NCBI GenBank assembly: GCA_036677845.1
Contig: JAVBVR010000025.1
Span: 46,583-110,582, forward strand
Direction: 5' to 3'
DNA from: Anaerovoracaceae bacterium
GTDB lineage: Bacteria > Bacillota > Clostridia > Peptostreptococcales > Anaerovoracaceae
Length of the DNA stretch: 64,000 bases
This document shows, piece after piece, positions 46,262 through 54,004 of this stretch (position 1 is its first letter; the number at the start of each line of letters is the position of its first letter). A program made the position numbers and the translations under genes. Below the pieces are notes generated by a model, which was not told the DNA's origin, made no database searches, and worked only from the letters and a program-made list of their open reading frames with translations.

Positions 46262-46479
46262 GAATTCACTTCCCTGCAAATTTTTACGCATCAATTCTTA
46301 TCTGCGCGCTGCTGTAAGTCCGGACGCGGTTTTGATTTTTTTCCGCTATAAAAGATCATCTGCTATAAAAAGATTATAAGTTGGTTTTTTTCATTGTGTC
46401 AACCTTTAAAATTTCGTTGCCTGATTCCATCGGGACGGGATATAATAAAACGGGATATCATCAAAAGGGGGTAATTATC

Positions 46480-47262
46480 ATGAATCAGCATCCAGTAAAA
46501 ACCAACAAGCCAAGAACCGTTTTGCCGTGTCTCCTGATGGTTCTGCTGCTTCTTGCAACCCTGACCGGTTGCGCGGATGACCCAAAACCGATAAGCACCA
46601 GTTTTGCAGTAGAAGGACAATCAATCAAAGAGAGTGCGGACTATCTGGAAATTAACGTGAGTTTTCCGTTCCTGTCCGGATTTGATGCGGCGGAAGAAAT
46701 CAACAGAGAGATTGAGGAAAGCATAGCTGCAGCGAGAGCCGAGGTAGAGGACGCCGCATCCTACATGGAAGCCGATGAGTCCAAATTGAAAGCTGGTTTG
46801 CATTCAAACTACCTTTATACAAAAAACGGTGACATTGTATCGCTCTGGATGATGTTTGACAACTATACGGGCGGCGCTCACGGACTTTACTGGATAGAGC
46901 CCTACACCTTCAACCTTGCAACCGGTGAGCGGTACGAGTTCTCCGATCTGTTTCTGGAGGGAAAGGCCTCGGCCCTTCTGGTTTCCGATATGATTACAGA
47001 AAAAATTAAGGAGAACCCTGAGCTGTATTTTGAGAGTGCTGTGGAGACTATCGGAAATTATGAGACGGAATTCCAGTATTATATCAACGGAAATCAGATC
47101 TCGGTATTTTTCCCGCTCTATGACATTACAGCCTATGCGGGAGGAATCCAGTTTTTTGACTTTGATGCGGAGGAGTTGAAGAGTATTCTGAAACCGGAGA
47201 TTTATGAGGCGATCAAGGATGCAGCTCCTATAAGTGCGGAAGGGACGATTTCCGAGCATTGA
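46480..47262 (+). CDS. DUF3298/DUF4163-type lipoprotein (RsiV-like extracytoplasmic fold)
   Basis: ATG 46480 follows AAGGGGG. Lipobox LATLTGC and the YTGGAHG motif. Confidence 0.75.
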   Translation: MNQHPVKTNKPRTVLPCLLMVLLLLATLTGCADDPKPISTSFAVEGQSIKESADYLEINVSFPFLSGFDAAEEINREIEESIAAARAEVEDAASYMEADESKLKAGLHSNYLYTKNGDIVSLWMMFDNYTGGAHGLYWIEPYTFNLATGERYEFSDLFLEGKASALLVSDMITEKIKENPELYFESAVETIGNYETEFQYYINGNQISVFFPLYDITAYAGGIQFFDFDAEELKSILKPEIYEAIKDAAPISAEGTISEH

Positions 47263-47418
47263 CCGATTATGCTGATTGAGCGTGCATTCCGGCAGAAAAA
47301 AAATATTCCTGAAATTGTACAAAATGAAATATTCCCGAAATATTATTGTACTCCTAGTTTTCCTATTGTATCATATGGATATAATGGTTGTATAAAAAAA
47401 TTAACGGCGGTGAGAAAA

Positions 47419-47850
47419 ATGAAAATTTCAACAAAGGGCCGGTATGCTTTGCGCTTGATGCTTGATCTGGCAATCAACAATACCGGTGAGTATATATCGA
47501 TTAAAAGCATTGCTGCGAGACAGGACATTTCAGAAAAATATCTGGAACAGATCATTACCCAGCTTAATCGGGCAGGCTATGTCCGCAGCGTGAGAGGAGC
47601 ACAGGGAGGGTATATGCTGGCAAAGGCTCCTTCGGAATACACGGTGGGTATGATCCTTCGGCTTATGGAGGGCAGCCTTGCACCGGTCAGCTGTGCTGAG
47701 GAAGAATCCTGTGACAGAATCTCAGGCTGTGTTACGCAGGAAGTCTGGCATAAGATCCAAAAAGCAGTGGAGGATGTTGTCGATCATATCACCCTTGCAG
47801 ACCTGGTAACCCGCTATCAGGAAAAAACGGAACCGATCTATATCATCTGA
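47419..47850 (+). CDS. Rrf2-family transcriptional regulator (CymR/IscR-like)
   Basis: MKISTKGRYALRLMLDLA N-terminus. Cys residues in VSCAEEESCDRISGC suggest a possible cluster ligand set. Confidence 0.85.
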   Translation: MKISTKGRYALRLMLDLAINNTGEYISIKSIAARQDISEKYLEQIITQLNRAGYVRSVRGAQGGYMLAKAPSEYTVGMILRLMEGSLAPVSCAEEESCDRISGCVTQEVWHKIQKAVEDVVDHITLADLVTRYQEKTEPIYII

Positions 47851-47874
47851 TTTATTGCCGTGAAAGAAATGAAG

Positions 47875-47908
47875 CACCCCAGAGTTATAAACTCGCGGGG
47901 TGTTTTTT
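47875..47908 (+). terminator. intrinsic terminator
   Basis: CACCCC-A-GAGT ... ACTC-GC-GGGGTG followed by TTTTTT. Confidence 0.8.
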
Positions 47909-48095
47909 ATGCGAAGACAAAATAGGAAAAGAAAGTGCAAAAGAGGGAAGAATGCTAGAATGGACAGGAAGCATAAAAACACCAGAATCATAAAAAACTA
48001 TTGACAACGATACGAAATGAATATATTATTGGTATAATTTATTTCATATTAAATATATAGGAATACTTTAAATAAAACAAAAAGGAGAATGCGTT

Positions 48096-49388
48096 ATGAC
48101 AGAGAAACAAAAAAGAAAGCTGAGATTTGAAACACTGCAGCTTCATGCCGGCCAGGAAAACCCTGATCCCGCAACAGGTGCCCGGGCAGTGCCGATTTAT
48201 CAGACCACCTCATATGTGTTTGAAAATTCCGCCCAGGCAGCCGCAAGGTTCGGACTTGCAGAAGGCGGGAATATCTATACGAGAATTATGAATCCGACCT
48301 CCGATGTTTTTGAGCAGCGTATTTCGGCTCTCGAAGGGGGCATCGGTGCGCTGGCGGTTTCATCGGGAGCGGCGGCCATAACCTATGCGATTCAGAATAT
48401 TGCCCATTCGGGAGACCATATCGTGTCCGCGAAAACCATCTACGGTGGAACATATAACCTTCTTGCCAACACGCTGAAGGATTTCGGCATCACCGCAACC
48501 TTTGCAGATCCGTTGGAAGAAAACAGCTTTGAAAAAGCGATCCGCGGGAACACAAAGCTCATCTTTATCGAAAGCCTGGGAAATCCCAACTCAAATGTCA
48601 TCGATATTGAAAAGGTGGCTGCAGTCGCCCACAATGCGGCAATTCCGCTCATTGTGGACAATACCTTTGCGACTCCATATCTGCTTCGGCCCATAGAATA
48701 CGGCGCCGATATCATTGTTCATTCCGCAACAAAGTTCATCGGCGGACATGGCACCTCCATCGGCGGTGTTATCGTGGATTCGGGCAAGTTTGACTGGGCG
48801 GCATCAGGAAAGTTTCCATATCTGACTGAACCGGATCCAAGCTATCACGGAGTCAAATTCACGGAAGCGGCGGGAGCGGCAGCCTATATCATCAAGGCAA
48901 GAGTCACTCTTCTCAGGGACACCGGTGCGTCACTCAGCCCGTTTAACTCCTTCCAGTTCCTTCAAGGGCTGGAAACCTTGTCTCTCAGAGTGGAGCGTCA
49001 TGTTTCCAATACATTAAAGACGATTGAGTTTTTAAACGGTCATGAAAAGGTGGAACGTGTCAATCATCCGTCCTTGGCAGCCGGAGAGGAGAAAGCCGTT
49101 TATGAACGGTATTTCCCCAATGGTGGCGGATCTATCTTTACTTTTGAAATCAAAGGTGGAGCAGAGGAAGCAAAAGCATTTATCGATCGTCTTCAGATTT
49201 TTTCACTTTTGGCAAATGTAGCTGACGTGAAGTCTTTGGTGATCCATCCTGCAAGCACCACTCATTCCCAGATGAGCGAAGCTGAACGAAAGGACGCCGG
49301 GATCAGGCCGAACACGATTCGTCTGTCTATAGGAACAGAACACATTGACGACCTGATCGAAGATCTGGATCAGGCCTTCAACGCATAA
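48096..49388 (+). CDS. metY: O-acetylhomoserine aminocarboxypropyltransferase / sulfhydrylase (PLP-dependent)
   Basis: AAGGAGAA RBS. The Cys/Met-metabolism PLP family Lys context is SATKFIGGHG. 430 aa. Confidence 0.9.
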   Translation: MTEKQKRKLRFETLQLHAGQENPDPATGARAVPIYQTTSYVFENSAQAAARFGLAEGGNIYTRIMNPTSDVFEQRISALEGGIGALAVSSGAAAITYAIQNIAHSGDHIVSAKTIYGGTYNLLANTLKDFGITATFADPLEENSFEKAIRGNTKLIFIESLGNPNSNVIDIEKVAAVAHNAAIPLIVDNTFATPYLLRPIEYGADIIVHSATKFIGGHGTSIGGVIVDSGKFDWAASGKFPYLTEPDPSYHGVKFTEAAGAAAYIIKARVTLLRDTGASLSPFNSFQFLQGLETLSLRVERHVSNTLKTIEFLNGHEKVERVNHPSLAAGEEKAVYERYFPNGGGSIFTFEIKGGAEEAKAFIDRLQIFSLLANVADVKSLVIHPASTTHSQMSEAERKDAGIRPNTIRLSIGTEHIDDLIEDLDQAFNA

Positions 49389-49447
49389 ACGCTGGGAATT
49401 GCTGCCGAAGAAAAAACCAGTTTCAAAACTCAAAAGCGAAGTGTAAA

Positions 49448-49478
49448 GGGGTTGTCTCAGTTTGACAGCCCCGTTTTT
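49448..49478 (+). terminator. intrinsic terminator
   Basis: GGGGTTGTC / GACAGCCCC (one G-U) followed by GTTTTT. Confidence 0.75.
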
Positions 49479-49509
49479 CGTGCAGGTCAGTTGGGGTCAA
49501 ATTTTTAGG

Positions 49510-50070
49510 TCAATTAAAGCGGTAAATAAACCCGCTGGTCAAGTAATCTGCTATTTCAAGTACGTAGTCTTCCAGATTCTCATAAATTTTGATAGCCTCC
49601 TCCTGATTCCCTGAAAGAATATTCACGGTTTCCAGTAATGTCTGTCGATAGTAGTCATAAAGAAGGCTCCTCATGTTTACTTCGTTCCAATAAGGATTGA
49701 TCTCTGCCAGATAGGCAGCCATAGCATCAACATTTTCATAAAGACTTCTCGTTGCCTGATTTGCCGTTTCGTTATCTCCTGATTTTATTGCATCTGCGAT
49801 TTCGTTCAGGAAAGAAGCCTGAACGGTGAAATAATACTCCATCCGGTTGGAGGCTTTCACACCGATAAAGCTTTCAAAAACATTTCCAAAATCGGTCGTA
49901 ACATTGTACAGGCGATTTTCAATCAACTGCAGATCTCCAAAATTTGAGGCAAGACTGACAAGATATTCCCTTCTCCACATGGCAAGCTGACTCCAGAGCC
50001 TTCTCAGCCTGTTGCTCAAGCTGATCTGCCCGTAAGGAACACATTCCCGGTAACGATTCATACTGCCCAT
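49510..50070 (-). CDS. hypothetical all-helical protein
   Basis: AAAGGAG RBS. 186 aa with no motif I can name. Lower GC than its neighbours in one sampled line. Confidence 0.6.
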   Translation of the reverse strand: MGSMNRYRECVPYGQISLSNRLRRLWSQLAMWRREYLVSLASNFGDLQLIENRLYNVTTDFGNVFESFIGVKASNRMEYYFTVQASFLNEIADAIKSGDNETANQATRSLYENVDAMAAYLAEINPYWNEVNMRSLLYDYYRQTLLETVNILSGNQEEAIKIYENLEDYVLEIADYLTSGFIYRFN

Positions 50071-50176
50071 TGGTATAACTCCTTTCGTTTCGGTTTTTAA
50101 TATAATATGTGTGCCGGACCTGATCGGTTATCTCACATTTTTTGAATTTATTTTTTGTCCAATATATTTTTTCACA

Positions 50177-50205
50177 TTGACAAAAACGACCGGGCAGAAT
50201 ATAAT
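50177..50205 (+). promoter_or_regulatory. consensus sigma-A promoter
   Basis: TTGACA (50177-50182), exactly 17 nt, TATAAT (50200-50205). Confidence 0.75.
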
Positions 50206-50210
50206 AAACC

Positions 50211-50229
50211 AGTAAATTACTAATTTACT
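50211..50229. promoter_or_regulatory. perfect 9-1-9 palindrome (candidate operator) at the predicted transcription start
   Basis: AGTAAATTA-C-TAATTTACT, beginning 6 nt after the -10 hexamer. Confidence 0.6.
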
Positions 50230-50284
50230 AAATACAAAGCGTCTGCTGAGAACAAAAAACGAAACAAAAGGGAGTGAGAATACA

Positions 50285-51418
50285 ATGTGCACCATAATAT
50301 CCAAGGATCAATTCATCGGAAAAAACCTGGACAGTATCGTCGATTCTGGGATGATGTTCACAAATAAAAGAGGGCTGATCAAGAAGGCGGCGGTTTTTCC
50401 GCCGGATCGCCCGTTGGAATGGGTTTCTTATTACGGCAGCATCACCTTTTGCCTGTCCGGGAAAGAAATGCCCGCCTGCGGAATCAACGAAGCAGGACTC
50501 GTGGTGGAACAGGCTACTTTGCCTGCCGCTGTTTATCCCTGTCAGGAGGGGAAACCGGCTGCGGGAATTCTTGAAGCAACGCAGTTCCTGCTGGATACCT
50601 GCCGCAGTGTGGAGCAGGCACTGGCTGCACTGGATTCCATAGCTATTACGGAATCCTCATGGCCGGTGCATTTCATGCTGTTTGATGCCGGAGGCACGAT
50701 GGCGGCAGTGGAATATCTTCAGGGGGAGAAACACATTCATGAGGGAACCACCGAAAAGGCAAGGCGGATGGACAACTGCGAATACCGGCACAGTGAGGTT
50801 CCGTTGGACTGCAGGTCTGTGGATGACATGTTTTCCGCTCTGGAAGAAACAAGAAGGCCTGACACCGTTTGGAGCCACGTTTACGACCTGAATAAAAGGA
50901 CTCTGCATCTGAAGCGGGCGGGAAAGGAAGAGATGTTTCTCGTGGAGACGGATCGTCTTGACTTATCGCCGCGCAGTACAGAACTGATGCTGAACCTCAA
51001 AGAAGGAGATGACTGTCTGGAGCCCTTCTGCACATTGAGGAACAGGCATCTGATCAGCGAATTTTTTAATCACCCGGTTATTCGCCAAATCATGCAGCTG
51101 CCCGATCCGGAGGCAATGATCGATTTTATCGCTGAGCTTCCAAAAAATTATGACAGAGTTAATAAAATTATGCTAAGATTTTTAGATGGAGAGCGAATCA
51201 GCCAGATTCCGGTAAAAGCAAGCCATAAAAAATATGTTCTGATGTATCTGGCCTCCAGATTCGAGACAGGAAAAGACTATACGGAAGCCCAGGTGAATGC
51301 CCTTATTGATCGATGGCACACCTTCGGTGACTACTTTATCTTGCGAAGAGAATTGGCCGATTGCGGCCTCCTGAAGAGGCTGCCCAACGGCTCTAAGTAT
51401 TGGAGGGAAATAGTATGA
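50285..51418 (+). CDS. Ntn-hydrolase (choloylglycine hydrolase / linear amide C-N hydrolase-like) fused to a C-terminal DUF2087 domain
   Basis: The N-terminus MCTIISKDQFIGKNLD carries Cys2 (the nucleophile position) and GKNLD, compared with GRNxD in the family. The C-terminus FLDGERISQIPVKASHKKYVLMYLASRFETGKDYTEAQVNALIDRWHTFGDYFILRRELADCGLLKR matches the DUF2087 pattern. Confidence 0.75.
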   Translation: MCTIISKDQFIGKNLDSIVDSGMMFTNKRGLIKKAAVFPPDRPLEWVSYYGSITFCLSGKEMPACGINEAGLVVEQATLPAAVYPCQEGKPAAGILEATQFLLDTCRSVEQALAALDSIAITESSWPVHFMLFDAGGTMAAVEYLQGEKHIHEGTTEKARRMDNCEYRHSEVPLDCRSVDDMFSALEETRRPDTVWSHVYDLNKRTLHLKRAGKEEMFLVETDRLDLSPRSTELMLNLKEGDDCLEPFCTLRNRHLISEFFNHPVIRQIMQLPDPEAMIDFIAELPKNYDRVNKIMLRFLDGERISQIPVKASHKKYVLMYLASRFETGKDYTEAQVNALIDRWHTFGDYFILRRELADCGLLKRLPNGSKYWREIV

Positions 51419-51897
51419 TGAAAATACCGACAACATTGAAACACAAACCCGTTATCGTAGGTGAAGAATACGGGAATATTGACGGCCGGTATGCCTATAA
51501 GACGGACGTTCAGGGACTTTCCCTGGGCCTTGCCCAGTGGAACGACAGGGGAAAGCTGGATATTTCCGCAAAGATATGGCGGTACACGGGAGAAAAATGG
51601 TCAAGACAATCGGAGGAAATGCCCCTTCATCGCGCACTGGACCTGGCGATCTTTGTCTGCGAGGCCGAAAAATATTTCAGAGAAGCTTACCGTTATGAAA
51701 AATTGTATGATCCGGAGAAACCTGTGATCGACCGCGTCGGCCTTCAGGGGGACGCCATGACGGTCAGAGTTTGTACGGAAAACGAAATGATCGACGAGGA
51801 TATCAAGACAGTCAGACAGGCGCTGTCTGATGACAGTGAGCTCCTGGGGGAGCGGTTTGCCATGCTTTCACGTCTTCTGAAGGAGCTCGGATATTAG
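51415..51897 (+). CDS. conserved-looking hypothetical protein, translationally coupled to the upstream gene
   Basis: ATGA overlap (ATG 51415, upstream stop 51416-51418). GGAGGG lies 6 nt upstream. 160 aa with no motif I can name. Confidence 0.65.
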   Translation: MMKIPTTLKHKPVIVGEEYGNIDGRYAYKTDVQGLSLGLAQWNDRGKLDISAKIWRYTGEKWSRQSEEMPLHRALDLAIFVCEAEKYFREAYRYEKLYDPEKPVIDRVGLQGDAMTVRVCTENEMIDEDIKTVRQALSDDSELLGERFAMLSRLLKELGY

Positions 51898-51917
51898 AAG
51901 AGAGGAATGAAAATTCG

Positions 51918-52268
51918 ATGACGATAGAAAAGGAAAAGAAGAGAGAAATCATTAACGAATATAAACAGAGAAAAACGACTGGAGGAGTCTACAAGGTCAC
52001 CAATACGGCCAACGGAAGATATTTGATCAAGGCGGAGGTGGATCTTCAATCCTTCCGGAATCGGTTCAACTTCAACCAAAGGATGAAAGGATGTCTGCAT
52101 CCGAAAATGCAGAAGGACCATAGGGAGTTTGGTGCGGAAGTATTTGAGCTGGAAATTCTGGAGGAGGTGGAAAAGAAAGAAGACGAGAGCATCATGGGAT
52201 TCCGGGACAGGTTGAAGAGGCTGGAAGAGTCATGGGCCGGACGGTTTGACGCGGAAAAGGCATACTAA
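51918..52268 (+). CDS. small GIY-YIG-domain protein
   Basis: GVYKVTNTANGRYLIKAEV fits the GIY..YIG spacing. A downstream Arg lies in FRNRF and Glu residues lie in FELEILEE. 116 aa. GAGAGGAA RBS. Confidence 0.6.
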   Translation: MTIEKEKKREIINEYKQRKTTGGVYKVTNTANGRYLIKAEVDLQSFRNRFNFNQRMKGCLHPKMQKDHREFGAEVFELEILEEVEKKEDESIMGFRDRLKRLEESWAGRFDAEKAY

Positions 52269-52273
52269 AGTAC

Positions 52274-52305
52274 TTGACTTTCCCCTGCGGGGGATAGTTT
52301 ATACT
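52274..52305 (+). promoter_or_regulatory. MerR-type promoter with over-long spacer
   Basis: TTGACT (52274-52279), 20-nt spacer containing CCCC-TGC-GGGG, then TATACT (52300-52305). Confidence 0.55.
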
Positions 52306-52325
52306 GGGTTTCAAGAGGTGAGAGA

Positions 52326-53159
52326 ATGTATAAGATCAGTGACTTTTCAAAGATTACGAACCTTTCGGTCAAAGCGCTGCGCTATTACGATGAAGAACAG
52401 ATTCTTGCTCCTTCCAGGCGGGATCAGGAGACCGGATACCGGTACTACAGCGGAGAGGACTTTCAGAAAGCGCAGCTTATCACTTTGCTGCGATCGCTGG
52501 ACTTTACCATATCAGAAATCAAGGAGGTGCTGTCAAACAGCAGTGATACAGCTGATCTGTCCTGCTATCTGGAAGAAAAGAGGAGAATGATCGAGGCAAG
52601 GGTCCGGGGGGAAAAAGAACTGATCAAAAAAATAAACCTCTATATCAAACCGAAAGACAGGGAGGAGATCAGTATGAATTATCAGATTGAGAAAAAGGAG
52701 ATTGAACCGGTTGTCGTGGCATCGATCCGCTATAAAGGGAAATACAGCGATGTGGGGAAATATATCGGTATGCTTTACAAAGCAGTCAGGGGCAATGCGG
52801 CGGGACCGCCGATCCAGCTGTACCACGACGCGGATTATGTGGAGGAGGAAGCGGATCTGGAGCTTTGCGTCCCGACAGGGAAAATCATCAGCCATCCCGG
52901 CGTCGCAGGAAAGAAGCTGCCGGCAGTCAAGGCTATCTGTACGACCCATGTGGGCAGTTATGAGAAGCTCCATTTGGCATACAAGGCGCTCGTCGACTAT
53001 GCAAACGAGCATCAGCTGAACTGCAGCACCCCGTCAAGAGAGATTTACGTGAAAGGACCCGGTATGATTTTTAAAGGGAATGAAGACCGTTATGTTACTG
53101 AGATCATCATTCCATATGAGGAGGTGCGCACTGATGGGGCAGGTAAAACTGGACTATAA
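52326..53159 (+). CDS. MerR-family regulator with C-terminal GyrI-like effector-binding domain (BmrR-like architecture)
   Basis: MYKISDFSKITNLSVKALRYYDEEQIL HTH, a coiled-coil linker, and a GyrI-like C-terminal half. Confidence 0.85.
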   Translation: MYKISDFSKITNLSVKALRYYDEEQILAPSRRDQETGYRYYSGEDFQKAQLITLLRSLDFTISEIKEVLSNSSDTADLSCYLEEKRRMIEARVRGEKELIKKINLYIKPKDREEISMNYQIEKKEIEPVVVASIRYKGKYSDVGKYIGMLYKAVRGNAAGPPIQLYHDADYVEEEADLELCVPTGKIISHPGVAGKKLPAVKAICTTHVGSYEKLHLAYKALVDYANEHQLNCSTPSREIYVKGPGMIFKGNEDRYVTEIIIPYEEVRTDGAGKTGL

Positions 53160-53796
53160 AAAAACAGAAAAGCAACTGTACCAGCCCGGCCCGAAACCTT
53201 CCCTGGTCCGGGTTCCGGCTATGAACTTTATCATGGTGGACGGAAAAGGCGACCCCAATACTAAAGGAGGAGAGTACCAGCAGGCCGTCGAACTGCTATA
53301 TGCTCTGTCTTATGCAATAAAAATGGGATATAAGAGAGGCAGCCGGCCGGCAGGCTATTCCGATTATGTCGTTCCGCCCCTGGAGGGCTTGTGGTGGCTT
53401 GCGGAAGGAACTTCCCCGGGATCTGATTTTTCTTGTAAGGAGAAATATTACTGGACTTCTATGATTCGCCAGCCCGATTTTGTATCAGAGGACGATTTTA
53501 ACCGGGCCTGCGGTGAGGTTCCATTGAAAAAGCCGGATCTGGATACTGCCAAGGCAAGATTTGAAACCTTTGAAGAGGGGATTTGCGTGCAGATCATGCA
53601 TTTCGGCCCCTATGAAACGGAGCCGGAAACCATATTGAAACTGGATTCCTTCATTGAAGCAAAGGGCTACAGAAATGCGATCGGAACAGCTGGGCCAGGC
53701 GGCAGGGTGAGGCGTCATCACGAGATTTATCTTGGTGACCCGAGAAAAACAGAGCCTTCAAAGATGAAAACAGTGCTGAGACACCCGGTAAAATAA
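53134..53796 (+). CDS. stand-alone GyrI-like small-molecule-binding domain protein
   Basis: ATG 53134 follows GAGGAGGTG and overlaps the MerR gene by 26 nt. Contains the VPAMNFIMVDGKGDPN segment. Confidence 0.75.
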   Translation: MGQVKLDYKKTEKQLYQPGPKPSLVRVPAMNFIMVDGKGDPNTKGGEYQQAVELLYALSYAIKMGYKRGSRPAGYSDYVVPPLEGLWWLAEGTSPGSDFSCKEKYYWTSMIRQPDFVSEDDFNRACGEVPLKKPDLDTAKARFETFEEGICVQIMHFGPYETEPETILKLDSFIEAKGYRNAIGTAGPGGRVRRHHEIYLGDPRKTEPSKMKTVLRHPVK

Positions 53797-53807
53797 TAGG
53801 CCGGACA

Positions 53808-53840
53808 GGCAGAGCGGTATTCGTTCTGCCGATTTTTTTT
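53808..53840 (+). terminator. intrinsic terminator
   Basis: GGCAGAGCG / CGTTCTGCC followed by GATTTTTTTT. Confidence 0.85.
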
Positions 53841-54004
53841 GTTCACTGTCCTCCTTAAAAGTGGAAGGAATTTTGTTTTAAGCTGCGTTTCTTTTCGTTT
53901 GTAATAAAGTAAATAGGTGATATAATAAAGGCAATGAAAAAGGGTAAGGCCAAAAGCGGACAGGATCTGCCGGAAGCCGAAGTAGCAAGGGGAAAGGCGC
54001 GGAA

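Noticed and set aside
46342-46373. Direct repeat GCTATAAAAGAT / GCTATAAAAAGAT in the birA / DUF3298 divergent spacer. GCATAT / GCATAT / GCATAA also recurs at a 12-nt period at 26068-26097.
   Set aside because: These are short AT-rich repeats in AT-rich promoter regions, with no BirA-box similarity or associated regulator. They are noted but not strong enough to interpret.
51918-52268. The GIY-YIG protein considered as a homing endonuclease or mobile element. The WYL regulator at 57398-58351 considered as a marker of a defence island.
   Set aside because: There is no intron, intein, repeat flanks, integrase or neighbouring defence-type genes (no restriction, helicase, Cas or abortive-infection signatures). 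At 116 aa the GIY-YIG protein is too small to carry a DNA-binding domain.
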